Assembly: GCA_965250185.1 (NCBI GenBank)
Contig: OZ252293.1
Coordinates: forward strand, 4,601,904 to 4,665,903
Length of the DNA: 64,000 nucleotides
Source: Vicinamibacterales bacterium
Lineage (GTDB): Bacteria > Acidobacteriota > Vicinamibacteria > Vicinamibacterales > G965250185
Direction of reading: 5' to 3'
The position numbers were made by a program, and so were the translations under genes. Numbering within the stretch: the stretch's first letter is position 1; every line of letters begins with the position of its first letter. Below the pieces are notes generated by a model that searched no databases, was not told the DNA's origin, and was given only the letters and a program-made list of their open reading frames with translations. Shown in pieces: positions 47,510-57,407 of this stretch.

Positions 47510-47980
47510 CTACGACCCCTTGACGGCAATCCCTTGGATCTCGAAGTTCGCCCCGTTCAGCAACGGCCCGGATCCAAGGAACGCGCGCGCCGGCAGCTCG
47601 CCCTCGAAGTACGTCACGTACACGTCATTGAACTGATCGTACAACGAGACATCGGGGCAGTACACCTGCACGGAGACAAGGTCGTCCATCGTCATGCCTG
47701 CATCGGCGAGCGTCCGCTGCATGCCGTCCAGGATGTTACGCACCTCGCGCGCGAGACTCTCGGGCACCTGTCGGGTCCGGCGATCCGCGCCCGTGCGACC
47801 TGAAAGATAGAGCGTATCGCCGACGTGAACGGCGCTGCTGTACGGCGCGCCCTCACGCAGGTCGGCTGACTTGATGTGACGCTTCGGCGACGAGTCCTGA
47901 AGCGCGCTCGGCGTATCCGCCATCAACCCGAACACCAGACCAACCACGAACGAAACCGAAACCACGTGCACTCGCGCCAT
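47510..47980 (-). CDS. RidA/YjgF family protein with N-terminal hydrophobic segment
   Basis: It has GDTLYLSGRTG and a C-terminal ARAFLGSGPLLNGANFEIQGIAV. GAGGAG lies 6 nt before the ATG at 47980. Confidence 0.8.
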   Translation of the reverse strand: MARVHVVSVSFVVGLVFGLMADTPSALQDSSPKRHIKSADLREGAPYSSAVHVGDTLYLSGRTGADRRTRQVPESLAREVRNILDGMQRTLADAGMTMDDLVSVQVYCPDVSLYDQFNDVYVTYFEGELPARAFLGSGPLLNGANFEIQGIAVKGS

Positions 47981-48255
47981 CGTCATCTCCTCGATCCGGC
48001 CTTGAACCAACCGTGATCCGGCCCTGATCCGGCTTTGATCCAGGCCACGCTCACGAAGCACCGCCAGGCCGGCGACGACGCTCGAGGGAGCCATCTTACT
48101 CGGCGTGGCGTCGCCCGTGCCGCGTTCGCTGTCGAGTTGCACGCCTCCAGCTCGATGGGCTAACGTAAGTAGTTGTAACCTCGAGCCTTGGGCCATCCTC
48201 CACAGTGCATGGACCGGGGCCCGTGACCACCCGCTGCTTCAGCCCGGAGGAACGC

Positions 48256-49095
48256 ATGGCGACGCTTCGCTCAACCTTGATCTTCGCAGCCTTGATCTTC
48301 GCCGCCGTCTCGTTGCAGGCGCTCGGCCAGACCGCGGGCTCGATCCAGGACGGCGTGTTCTCCGAGAAGCAGGCCAGCGACGGCGAGAGGATGTACGCAG
48401 ACGTGTGCTCGTCGTGCCACCTGGAGGACGCGTTCTCGGCAGGCTCCTACCTGGACGGCTGGCACGGCGAGAGCGTCGACGACCTGGTGACATTCATTCA
48501 GGACACCATGCCCGAGGACAACCCGGGCGGCCTCAGGCGTAGCGAGTACGTGGAAATCGTGGCCTACATCTTCAAGCTGAACGGCATCGCCGCGGGTGAC
48601 GCGGACATGCTGACCTCACCTGACGATCTCCGGAACCTGCGGATCGAAGGCCCGACCGCCCCCGAGCCGTTGCCGGCGGTCGGCCAGACCGCCCCCGAGC
48701 CGTTGCCGGCGGTGGGCCAGACCGCCCCCGAGCCATTGCCGGCGGTGGGCCAGACCGAAGGCTCGATCCAGGACGGCGTGTTCTCCGAGAAGCAGGCCAG
48801 CGATGGCGAGAAGGCGTACGCGGACGTGTGCTCGGCGTGCCACATGGAGGACGCGTTCACGGCAGGCTCCTACCTGGACGGCTGGGACGGGCAGACCGTC
48901 GACGACATGGTGACGTTCATTCAGGACACCATGCCCGAGGACAACCCGGGCGGCCTCAAGCGTAGCGAGTACGTGGAAATCGTGGCCTACATCTTCAAGC
49001 TGAACGGCATCGCCACGGGTGACGCGGACATGCTGACCTCGCCTGACGATCTCCAGCACCTGCGGATCGAAGGCCCGTTCGTCCCCGGCTCGTAA
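48256..49095 (+). CDS. secreted dihaem c-type cytochrome formed by internal duplication
   Basis: It has two CxxCH sites (CSSCH and CSACH) and two near-identical ~110-aa modules. The RBS is GGAGG. Confidence 0.8.
   Translation: MATLRSTLIFAALIFAAVSLQALGQTAGSIQDGVFSEKQASDGERMYADVCSSCHLEDAFSAGSYLDGWHGESVDDLVTFIQDTMPEDNPGGLRRSEYVEIVAYIFKLNGIAAGDADMLTSPDDLRNLRIEGPTAPEPLPAVGQTAPEPLPAVGQTAPEPLPAVGQTEGSIQDGVFSEKQASDGEKAYADVCSACHMEDAFTAGSYLDGWDGQTVDDMVTFIQDTMPEDNPGGLKRSEYVEIVAYIFKLNGIATGDADMLTSPDDLQHLRIEGPFVPGS
48655..48753 (+). repeat. 33-bp tandem repeat x3 encoding TAPEPLPAVGQ within the cytochrome linker
   Basis: Read directly. The three units differ at 1-2 positions. Confidence 0.9.
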
Positions 49096-49155
49096 CGCCT
49101 CTCCGACCTGCCGGCGCCCAGGCGCGGCTGATTCGGGAGCGATCGGGCTCGGCCC

Positions 49156-49764
49156 ATGCGATACGACTTTCTCGTCGAGACATACCGAACCGAGATCCAG
49201 AAGGTCCTGGGCGTCTGGGCCATGTTCGCCGACGACGACCTCACCGTGCGACCGCATGCGGTCGACCGACGGGGCCGCAGCGTGTTGGAGCAGATGGTGC
49301 ACCAGAGCGTGAGCGAGGATCTGTGGTTCTCTCGCATGCTCGGCATCACGGTGACGGACAACCCGTTACCCGCACGGGAAAGCCGGCTAGCCTTCATCGA
49401 GGCCTACACCGAAAACGCGCGGCGCCGACTCGCGGCGCTGGCGGCCACGGACGAGAAATGGTGGGAGGCGGAGGTGCCGTTCTTCGAGGTGACACGATCG
49501 AGAGCCTGGATCGTGACCCGCAGGATCTCGCACACCGCGCATCATCGCGGCCAGCAAACAGCGCTGCTGCGACAGATCGACCACTCGTTGCACAGCACCT
49601 ACGGCCCGACGGCCGACACGGGTGGCCTGATGCAGCACCAAGCACCTGTGATCTACCCCTACACGACCATCGACGAATTGATCGCGGAGGAAGCCGGCCA
49701 ACGGCGGAAGGCGCCGCTACCGGGCCCGGGAGACCGCTCGCCCACCGAACGGCCGTCAGACTGA
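49156..49764 (+). CDS. DinB family protein
   Basis: It has the DinB-type His triad context (EQMVHQSVSE and ISHTAHHRGQ). Confidence 0.7.
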   Translation: MRYDFLVETYRTEIQKVLGVWAMFADDDLTVRPHAVDRRGRSVLEQMVHQSVSEDLWFSRMLGITVTDNPLPARESRLAFIEAYTENARRRLAALAATDEKWWEAEVPFFEVTRSRAWIVTRRISHTAHHRGQQTALLRQIDHSLHSTYGPTADTGGLMQHQAPVIYPYTTIDELIAEEAGQRRKAPLPGPGDRSPTERPSD

Positions 49765-51354
49765 TCAGGAGATTGACCGGAGCGCGCGCTCCAGCCGGCG
49801 GTGGGCCTTGAATCCAAGAGCAGCGCGTCGCTCGGATCGCCCACCCTTCGCCCGAAGGATCCGGGCCAGCGCCTGAACGTCACCGCGGCTCCATGTCTCG
49901 AGGTCAGGAATCAGATCCAGCAGGGGTGCCAGGGCCCTCACAGCCGGCGGATCGGAAGGCATGTCGAGGATGTGTGCCATCCGATCGGCAGCGGCGCGCT
50001 GCGCCCGCGCCCGGTCGCCGTCGAAATCCACGGCGATCCGACGACTCGAGGCGACGCCCACGCGACCGAAATCGAACGGCCGACATCGACCGACCGACAG
50101 GTCCAGCACTGCCTCGGTATGAGATAGACGCCGGAGCATCCGACGATCCGACCGGTAGCCCTTCCGTGCACGCATTCGAGCCTCCTCCGCCTGCGCCAAC
50201 CGCTCCACGGCTTCGTTCGTAGGCCGGAACCCGAGCTTGCGATAGAACCAGAAGGCCCCGGTCGCGATCGCCGCCGGGTTGTGCTCGCCCATCCCGTACC
50301 GAGTCACGTAGAAGTAGTCCACGCCCAGCAGATGGTGCAGCGTGCGCATGCACTGCGAATAGACCTGCCAGATCTCCCCGCCTCGAAACTCGGGAAACAG
50401 GTTGATCCCCATCTCGCAGCATCCGAGGAACACCCCGGCCGGGCCATACGCGATCGGCACGTCGTTCTTCATGATCAGAAACACGTGAAGCGACTCGAGT
50501 GGGCTTCGATGCTCGGGGAGCACTCCGATCAGCACGATCCGCAGGCCTCGCCCGCACTCTGTCACGGCCACGTCGTCTGAATTGGCGTGCGTGAGCGGAT
50601 AGATCTCCAGGCTCCGGACGGCCAGCGCCCGGAGCGCCACGTCGACGAGCTCGGGATCGCCGCGGCGCGCGGGCCGCATCGCCCGAAGAATCACGGGGCC
50701 GATCGGCGCTCGCTCCCGGCTGATGTCACGCCGCTGATACGCGACGCGGCGGACCGGGTGGGCGATCTGGCTGCGTCGACTACCCTCGAAACGAATCGGA
50801 AGATTGCACTGCTCGTACAGGTGGCCGCGCACGCGAGACGAGAACGGCGAGCGCTCGAGCAGGCTCAGGAGGAAGCCGAGGTCTCCGAGGCCGGGGGATC
50901 GGCAGCGCGCGAACCAGTCCGTCAGCGAGAGGCCGGTGTCCTCGAGACCGAGCTCCTCGCCAGGCGTCACGAGCAGCGACAGCGTGTCGATCAGGGCGCC
51001 CTGGTCCTCGAGGTCGTCCCACTGGATCTCGAGCTGGCCGGGTAATCGCTCCAGCAGCCGGCGCGCCACATCGTACGAGTACGGGTAGACCACAGGTGAC
51101 GAGTCCGGCAGCGTCCCGATCAGGCGACGCACCTGGCTCAAGACCTGCGGTGTGTCGGGATAGGCGCGCATGAAGCCGAGCAGATCATCGAGGCGATCGA
51201 GCCAGGCGACCCGCCCGACGCTCGGCGGCCGCGAACGTTCGAGCGCGTCGAGCAGACGATGCTTGGTACGCGCCGAGCGCGGCCCGAACGCCCGAGACTC
51301 GGTCCACAACGCCTCCACCGGATCGCTCGGCGTCACCTCGACTCGTCGACTCAC
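49765..51354 (-). CDS. hypothetical protein with a GNAT-like C-terminal region
   Basis: AFWFYRKLGFRP resembles a GNAT beta-strand/helix motif. I chose the GTG at 51354 because it is preceded by GGAGAGGAGA. The longer ORF reaches 51561. Confidence 0.55.
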   Translation of the reverse strand: MSRRVEVTPSDPVEALWTESRAFGPRSARTKHRLLDALERSRPPSVGRVAWLDRLDDLLGFMRAYPDTPQVLSQVRRLIGTLPDSSPVVYPYSYDVARRLLERLPGQLEIQWDDLEDQGALIDTLSLLVTPGEELGLEDTGLSLTDWFARCRSPGLGDLGFLLSLLERSPFSSRVRGHLYEQCNLPIRFEGSRRSQIAHPVRRVAYQRRDISRERAPIGPVILRAMRPARRGDPELVDVALRALAVRSLEIYPLTHANSDDVAVTECGRGLRIVLIGVLPEHRSPLESLHVFLIMKNDVPIAYGPAGVFLGCCEMGINLFPEFRGGEIWQVYSQCMRTLHHLLGVDYFYVTRYGMGEHNPAAIATGAFWFYRKLGFRPTNEAVERLAQAEEARMRARKGYRSDRRMLRRLSHTEAVLDLSVGRCRPFDFGRVGVASSRRIAVDFDGDRARAQRAAADRMAHILDMPSDPPAVRALAPLLDLIPDLETWSRGDVQALARILRAKGGRSERRAALGFKAHRRLERALRSIS

Positions 51355-51500
51355 CTGTCTCCTCTCCGCACGCTGCCGCTCCACGACACGGCCGCGACCA
51401 CTCGACACCCGGGGCCACGTGCCGACCCCCGCCGATTGTCCCACGGCAGGCGTGGGCCCGCTTGCCGAACCGCACAGGTTCGTGCGAACCTTGCGTTTCC

Positions 51501-52769
51501 GTGAAGCCGTTGTCGTCGGAACAGACGATCGCCGATCTCTCGCGCCTGCTGGAGGTGTCACGACACCTCGGTGCCACGGTCGAGCTCAAGCCACTGCTCG
51601 AAGGCATCGAGCAAGCGGCGCTCGAAGTCCTGGGATGCGAGCGGGCGAGCGTGTTTCTGTACGACCGGCCGGCAAACGAGCTCTACAGCAAGCTCGCCAC
51701 CGGCGTCCAGGAGATCCGGTTGCCCGCGGATCGCGGCATCGCCGGGGAAGCCGCCCAGCAGTGCGCCATCGTCAACGTCCCGGATGCCTACGCCGATTCC
51801 AGGTTCAATCCCGAGGTCGATCGGGCCACGGGCTACCGGACCCGCTCCATCCTGACGCTCCCGATGACCGGCCACGACGGTGAGCTCATGGGCGTGCTCC
51901 AGCTGCTCAACAAGACGACGGGCGTCTTCACGAAGAACGACGAGGATCTCGCCACGACGCTCGGGGCGCTGGCCGGTGTGGCTCTGCAGCGACAGCTCCT
52001 GCTGGAAGCGTTCGCCGAGAAGCAGAAGCTCGTGCACGACCTCAACCTGGCTCGCGAGATCCAGCAGGGCGCGCTCCCCGACAGGGCCCCACCACTCGAG
52101 GGCTTCGACGTGGCCGGCTGGAATCTGCCCGCCGACCAGACCGGCGGAGACGCGTACGACTTCGTCGAAGACGACGCGGGCCGCGTCGGCATCATGCTCG
52201 GGGATGCGACAGGGCACGGCATCGGCCCGGCGCTCGTGGTCGTGGAATGTCGAGCGTTGATCCGGGCCCTGGTATCGAGCACCGGCGACCTCAGCCAGAT
52301 CCTCGCCACAGCCAACACCCTGCTCAAGGCCGATCTCCAGGACAACCGATTCGTCACCCTGTGCTTCGCGTTCGTCGATCCAGCCAGCTCGACACTGACG
52401 TACGCCAGTGCCGGACACGGCCCGTCGCTGCACTACCGCGCGGCGGACGACGAGTTCGACGAACTGCCCGTCAGCGGTCCCCCACTCGGCGTTCTGGACG
52501 ACATGGCGTACGTACCGGGCCCACCCGTCTCGATGGGTCCTGGCGATCTGCTCGTCCTGATGACCGACGGCATCTTCGAGTACGCGCGGGCTGACGACGA
52601 GCAATTCGGCATCGAGCGGGTGCACGACGTCCTGCGCGCGTGCCACCACGATCCGTGCGCCGTTATGATCCAGCGGCTCTACGATGCGGTCATGACGTTC
52701 AGCGAAGGCGCGCCTCAGCTCGACGACTTGACGGTCATCATCGTCAAGAAGCAAGCACTCGACGCCTGA
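51501..52769 (+). CDS. GAF domain / PP2C (SpoIIE, RsbU-type) serine phosphatase
   Basis: It has a GAF domain (GIAGEAAQQCAIVNVPDAY) and PP2C motifs (GGDAYDF, GDATGHG, TDGIFE). The start is ambiguous (TTG at 51462 or GTG at 51501). Confidence 0.85.
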   Translation: MKPLSSEQTIADLSRLLEVSRHLGATVELKPLLEGIEQAALEVLGCERASVFLYDRPANELYSKLATGVQEIRLPADRGIAGEAAQQCAIVNVPDAYADSRFNPEVDRATGYRTRSILTLPMTGHDGELMGVLQLLNKTTGVFTKNDEDLATTLGALAGVALQRQLLLEAFAEKQKLVHDLNLAREIQQGALPDRAPPLEGFDVAGWNLPADQTGGDAYDFVEDDAGRVGIMLGDATGHGIGPALVVVECRALIRALVSSTGDLSQILATANTLLKADLQDNRFVTLCFAFVDPASSTLTYASAGHGPSLHYRAADDEFDELPVSGPPLGVLDDMAYVPGPPVSMGPGDLLVLMTDGIFEYARADDEQFGIERVHDVLRACHHDPCAVMIQRLYDAVMTFSEGAPQLDDLTVIIVKKQALDA

Positions 52770-52819
52770 GGCGGGGACGGGTCACAGCTCGATTCGAGAC
52801 CGCCGAAAGCGCGCACGGT

Positions 52820-52851
52820 GTCGTCTGTCCTGTCCTGTCCTGTCCTGTCTT
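52820..52851. repeat. tandem 5-mer array, CTGTC x5
   Basis: Read directly at 52825-52849, between convergent genes. Confidence 0.75.
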
Positions 52852-52855
52852 GGCC

Positions 52856-53578
52856 CTAGAGCAGCTGTCTCAGCAGGAGGACGACACCGACTACACCCGA
52901 CACGACCAGGATGGCGATCCGCGTGAGACCACGGTCCAGCACGCGACTCGTCACCGCCGAGACGGCGAAGCCGACCACGATGCCGGGCATCAGCGCTGCC
53001 GCCAGGACGAACTCGAGCGCGCCCAGCCGGTCGACCAACCGAAGGGAGACCAGCGAGAGCGAGATGCCCACTGCGAAGAACGCCGACAGGGTGCCTCGCA
53101 CTCTGGGACCGTCCGCACGCTGGTACAGCAGCGCAATCGGCGGTCCACCGATCGCCGTCACCGTGCCCATGAAGCCTGACAGCACACCCGCCGCGACGAG
53201 CGTGCCGGGCCGTGGCTCGAGGTGGAGGCCGGACGCGCTCAGCACGACCGACGCGAGCACCATGAGCCCGAAGGCCAGCGCGATATCGCCTTGCGTCAGC
53301 GCGGCGAGGGTCGAGGCACCCGCCGTCACGCCGACCAGGCGACCACCGAGTGCCCATGTGAGGCCAGTCGCATCGATCGCCGCGCGCTCGCGATGCGACA
53401 GCAGTAATGTCAGGGCGAGCGACGCGACAAGGAGAGGCCCAGGCACCATCCGCGCATCGATCAACATGAGCGTCGGCGCCGCCAGGAGCCCGAGTCCGAA
53501 ACCCACCGACCCCTGCACCATCGCCCCGACCGCCACGACGGCGCTGGCGATCGCTAGCTCGGGCCACGTCAATACCAT
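52856..53578 (-). CDS. TauE/SafE family anion (sulfite) exporter, second copy
   Basis: It is a polytopic membrane protein with GSVGFGLGLLAAP and GGPPIALLY. Confidence 0.85.
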   Translation of the reverse strand: MVLTWPELAIASAVVAVGAMVQGSVGFGLGLLAAPTLMLIDARMVPGPLLVASLALTLLLSHRERAAIDATGLTWALGGRLVGVTAGASTLAALTQGDIALAFGLMVLASVVLSASGLHLEPRPGTLVAAGVLSGFMGTVTAIGGPPIALLYQRADGPRVRGTLSAFFAVGISLSLVSLRLVDRLGALEFVLAAALMPGIVVGFAVSAVTSRVLDRGLTRIAILVVSGVVGVVLLLRQLL

Positions 53579-53693
53579 CGTTCAATCACGGTGTCGGCTC
53601 TCACCGCCGAGACGACCGCCGGCATTCTCGCACTTCGAGAGGGAATACAGTAGGCTCAGGGACCCAGCCGCTCGAGACGGAGGAGACGCACAC

Positions 53694-53999
53694 ATGTCGG
53701 CGCACCTGGCGGCGGCCCTGGGCTACGCGGTCTGGTGGGTCACGGCCATCGGCCAGCAAGCGATTCAGGATGCCATCGGACCGCTGCTGGGGATCCCGCC
53801 AGAGCTCTCGCCGGTCGACATCATGTGCTTCGGCCCACCACCGAAGCCGTCATACGAGCGCTGGAAGCAGCGACTCGACGAGATCGTCAACCGGGGCCAG
53901 TCCGATTCCTCGCACCTGATGTCCGACAAGGACATCGAGAGCTGGATCAAGACCCAGCGGCCCAAGGTGATGAATGGCGACGAGTCGAAGACCGATTGA
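53694..53999 (+). CDS. small ORF resembling the C-terminal part of a nitroreductase-fold protein
   Basis: AALGYAVWWVTAIG...GIPPELSPVDIMCFGPPPKP resembles a nitroreductase C-terminus. The RBS is GGAGGAG. No N-terminal half is present. Confidence 0.4.
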   Translation: MSAHLAAALGYAVWWVTAIGQQAIQDAIGPLLGIPPELSPVDIMCFGPPPKPSYERWKQRLDEIVNRGQSDSSHLMSDKDIESWIKTQRPKVMNGDESKTD

Positions 54000-54008
54000 C
54001 AGGACCGC

Positions 54009-54365
54009 ATGGAATTCTTCTATCACGACGTCGACCGGAACATCCTGATCGTGTCGGCCGACGGCGGCCTCAACCTCGACACGGCCGAGCAGTTCATCGA
54101 CAGTCTGGAAACGATCATCGACGCGGGTGTTCGCCGTGTGGTCGTCGACTGCGCCAATCTCCGGTACATCTCGAGCGCCGGCCTGGGTCTGCTGCTTCGC
54201 CTCCACCATCGCCTCGCCAGCCACGGGGGCAACGTGATGCTCGCGAACGTCCGGGGCGGCATCGCGAGCATCGTCGCCAACACGCGCTTGAGCGACGTGT
54301 TTCGGATTTACGGCGATGTCGACGAGGCGTGTCGGGCACTGACCGACACCAGCGATGAAGTCTGA
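54009..54365 (+). CDS. STAS-domain anti-sigma-factor antagonist (SpoIIAA/RsbV-like)
   Basis: It has VVVDCANLRYISSAGLGLLL, including the phosphorylatable Ser context. Confidence 0.85.
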   Translation: MEFFYHDVDRNILIVSADGGLNLDTAEQFIDSLETIIDAGVRRVVVDCANLRYISSAGLGLLLRLHHRLASHGGNVMLANVRGGIASIVANTRLSDVFRIYGDVDEACRALTDTSDEV

Positions 54366-54383
54366 GGGTGCGTCGGGCCAGAC

Positions 54384-55391
54384 CTACGATGGAATCTTGA
54401 AGAGCCGTCGGGAGTTGCCTTCGAAGATCTGTCGCTTTGCCTCGTCGCCGATCGGCATGGCCTCGACGGCCGGAATCGTCTCCCGATAGACCCGCGCACC
54501 CAGCTCGTCGTCGTACGGACTGTCGGTGGCGAAGACCATGTGGTCAGCCCCGAAGAACTCGTATGCGCACATGAGGGCGGACGTGTTGCCCTGAATGGCC
54601 GTGTCGCAATAGAAGGCGCGGTAGGCGTCGAGCGGCGTCCGGTGCGGGCCCTTGGGCGCGTGCTGGTAACCCATGCGCTTGACGTTGAAGTCCCAGGACA
54701 ACTGGATGCGCTTGTGGAAGAACGGGATGAGTCCGCCGGCGTGGTGTGTCACGATCTTCAGCGTCGGATGACGGTCGAGTACGCCTCCGAAGGCCAGCCG
54801 CGCCATGGCCTTCGAGGTCTCGAGGGGCCATCCGAAATTCGTATAGATCAGGAATTTCGACGTCTCTTCGTCCACGTAGTCCGGCGTCGTGTTGGTCCTC
54901 CGCGGATGCAGCAGAACTGGCCGGTCACGGGAAGCCATCTTCGCAAACAACGGTTGAAACTCAGGCGAATCGAGCGGTCGACCGTTGATGTCCGTGAACA
55001 CCTCGATCGCGAGTGCCCCGAGCCCGTCGAGCGATCGATCCGCCTCGCGGAGTGCCGCGTCCACGTCGTTCATCGGCAGGCACGCGCCAAAGCCGATGAA
55101 GCGGTCCGGATTCCGCGCAACCAGCTCCGCCATCTCGTCGTTGGCGATCCGAGCGCACTCGGCGGTATCGGGCGGGCGCGTGATGCTCTCGATGTTCGGG
55201 CCGGCGATTGTCAGAATCTGGCGCACGTCGGGGAACTGATCCAGGATTCGGAAACGGACATCCAGATCGGTGAGGCCCGGATTGGCCGCCGGATAGCGAG
55301 CGTACTGGGTCGCGAAGCCGGGGCCGGCTGTCCGATTCCTCGCCTCGAGGTATCGCGGCGGAAGCAGGTGGCTGAACACATCGATCATCAT
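54384..55391 (-). CDS. amidohydrolase-2 (ACMSD-like) family metal-dependent hydrolase/decarboxylase
   Basis: It begins MMIDVFSHLLP and contains VLLHP, IVTHHAGG and VFATDSPY. Confidence 0.8.
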   Translation of the reverse strand: MMIDVFSHLLPPRYLEARNRTAGPGFATQYARYPAANPGLTDLDVRFRILDQFPDVRQILTIAGPNIESITRPPDTAECARIANDEMAELVARNPDRFIGFGACLPMNDVDAALREADRSLDGLGALAIEVFTDINGRPLDSPEFQPLFAKMASRDRPVLLHPRRTNTTPDYVDEETSKFLIYTNFGWPLETSKAMARLAFGGVLDRHPTLKIVTHHAGGLIPFFHKRIQLSWDFNVKRMGYQHAPKGPHRTPLDAYRAFYCDTAIQGNTSALMCAYEFFGADHMVFATDSPYDDELGARVYRETIPAVEAMPIGDEAKRQIFEGNSRRLFKIPS

Positions 55392-55409
55392 GTCGTCACC
55401 TCCGATGAC

Positions 55410-57407
55410 TCATCGCGTGCCCGGCCGGGTGCTGGACCCGCCGGGGCTCCGTCCGGCTTCGCTGTGCTCTCCGCCACGCTGCGCGAAGACGACTCCCGCC
55501 ACGAGACACCCTCCGACGACCAGGACTCCCGGCCCCTGGACGCTGAACGCGATGCCTGCCGCCAGGAGCAGGGCGCGGCTCGGCCATGAGAGCGGACCGC
55601 GCACGTAGCCGATGAAGCTGGCGGTGATGCACGTCAAGGTGGCCAGGGCCAGAAGCGTCTGCCAGAGAATCGCCACGGGCGTGCCCATCATGAGTAGCTC
55701 GGAGTGGTACGTGAACAGGAATGGCACCAGGAACAGCGCGATCCCGAGCCTCAGGGTGTGTGAGCCCTGCCGCCAGATGTCGACCCCGGAGAGCGACGAG
55801 GCGACGTACAGGGTGCCTCCCACGGGTGGCGTGATCACGTGGGACACGCCCCAGTAGAGCACGAACAGATGGGCTCCGAGCGGCGGCACACCCAACTCGG
55901 TGAGCGCCGGCGCAACGGTGACGGCAAGCAGCGTATACGAGGCAATGGCCGGCACCCCGGTGCCGAGCACGAGCGAGGCGAGTCCGGCCAGGACCAGCAA
56001 GACGAACAGATTCCCGTTCGAGGCTGCGACGAGCAGCACGGCCGCACGGAGCGCCGCGCCGGTGATCACGACGCTGGCGATCAACATCCCGACCGATCCG
56101 CAGATGATCGCGACGACGAGCGAATTTCGCGCCGCGATCTCGAAGCCCAGGCGGATTCTCGGCCAGTCGAACCGTGACTCGCGGGCGAAGGCGGTCACGA
56201 CGAACAGGCACAGCAGGCCGTACAGCGCGCTGAGGCCAGGGGGATAACGCCGCACCGCCAGGTAGTAGACCAGGACGAGCAGCGGAAGCACGAAGAACCA
56301 GCCACGCCGGAGCGTGTCACCAAACGACGGGAGCCCCTCGCGTGCCAACCCCTCGAGGCCGGTCCGACGCGCCTCGAAGTCCACCAGCAGGTAGAGGCTC
56401 GCGTAGAACAGCATAGCCGGGATCGCCGCGGCCACGCACACCTCCAGGTACGGGACGTCGAGAAACTCGGCGATCATGAACGCCACCATGCCCATGACCG
56501 GAGGCATCAGGACTCCACCCGTCGACGCCACGGCCTCGACCGCGCCCGCGAACGCCGGCCGGTAACCGACGCCCTTCATCATCGGGATCGTGATCACCCC
56601 GGTCGTGGCGACATCGGCCGCCGCGCTCCCGCTGATCGTACCGAACAATCCGCTCGCCACGATGGCCACCTTGGCAGGGCCCCCGCGCAGGTGGCCGGTC
56701 AGGGCGAGGGCAAGGTCGATGAAGAAACGCCCAGCGCCGGAGGCCTGGAGGAACCCACCGAATAGGATGAAGACCACCAGGATCGAGGTCCACAGCCCCA
56801 TCACGCTCCCAAAAACGCCATCCAGCGACAGGTAGACCTCGCCAATCACCCGCCTGAACGAGTGGGCACGGCCGTAGAGCACACCAGGAAATCGATCGGC
56901 AAGCATCGCGTAGAAGACGAACCCGACGAGCAGGCCGGGCAGCACCAGGCCTGACACGCGCCGCGTGCCCTCGAGCAGCACCAGGATCGTGACGATCCCG
57001 AGGGCCAGCTGGAACGGCTCGACGACCGGCGACGCCATCTGGAGCTCGACGACCGTGGACGTCGGGGCGATGTAGAAGCAGCCGGTTGCTCCCGCCAGCA
57101 TGAGGACGTAGTCGTACCAGGGAACCGGTCCCGAATCTCCCGGACGGGCTCGCTTCAGCAAGAACGTGAGGATGATCAGGAGGCCGAGGCTGATGGCGCG
57201 ATGGCTCTCCCCGAGCACGAAGAAGTACTGGGTCGAGAATGCCCCGAGGACGTACAGCAACTCGTAGACGAAGAAGGCGACGACGAACGCGGTCGTCGAT
57301 GCCGGCCAGGCCGCGGCCGTCACGCCGTGCGCGGTTAGGCCGATGTCATCGCCCGCGATCGGGGTCGTCGCCCGCTCGCAGCCCTCACCTGACTGCACGG
57401 GGTGCAT
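55410..57407 (-). CDS. TRAP transporter fused (DctQM-type, TAXI-associated) permease
   Basis: It is a 665-aa polytopic protein with GPAKVAIVASGLFGTISGSAAADVATTGVITIPMMK. Confidence 0.85.
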   Translation of the reverse strand: MHPVQSGEGCERATTPIAGDDIGLTAHGVTAAAWPASTTAFVVAFFVYELLYVLGAFSTQYFFVLGESHRAISLGLLIILTFLLKRARPGDSGPVPWYDYVLMLAGATGCFYIAPTSTVVELQMASPVVEPFQLALGIVTILVLLEGTRRVSGLVLPGLLVGFVFYAMLADRFPGVLYGRAHSFRRVIGEVYLSLDGVFGSVMGLWTSILVVFILFGGFLQASGAGRFFIDLALALTGHLRGGPAKVAIVASGLFGTISGSAAADVATTGVITIPMMKGVGYRPAFAGAVEAVASTGGVLMPPVMGMVAFMIAEFLDVPYLEVCVAAAIPAMLFYASLYLLVDFEARRTGLEGLAREGLPSFGDTLRRGWFFVLPLLVLVYYLAVRRYPPGLSALYGLLCLFVVTAFARESRFDWPRIRLGFEIAARNSLVVAIICGSVGMLIASVVITGAALRAAVLLVAASNGNLFVLLVLAGLASLVLGTGVPAIASYTLLAVTVAPALTELGVPPLGAHLFVLYWGVSHVITPPVGGTLYVASSLSGVDIWRQGSHTLRLGIALFLVPFLFTYHSELLMMGTPVAILWQTLLALATLTCITASFIGYVRGPLSWPSRALLLAAGIAFSVQGPGVLVVGGCLVAGVVFAQRGGEHSEAGRSPGGSSTRPGTR

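Noticed and set aside
49762-49767. Convergent genes whose stop codons abut as the palindrome TGATCA
   Set aside because: It is real in the sequence, but it is a trivial consequence of tight packing and shows no evidence of function.
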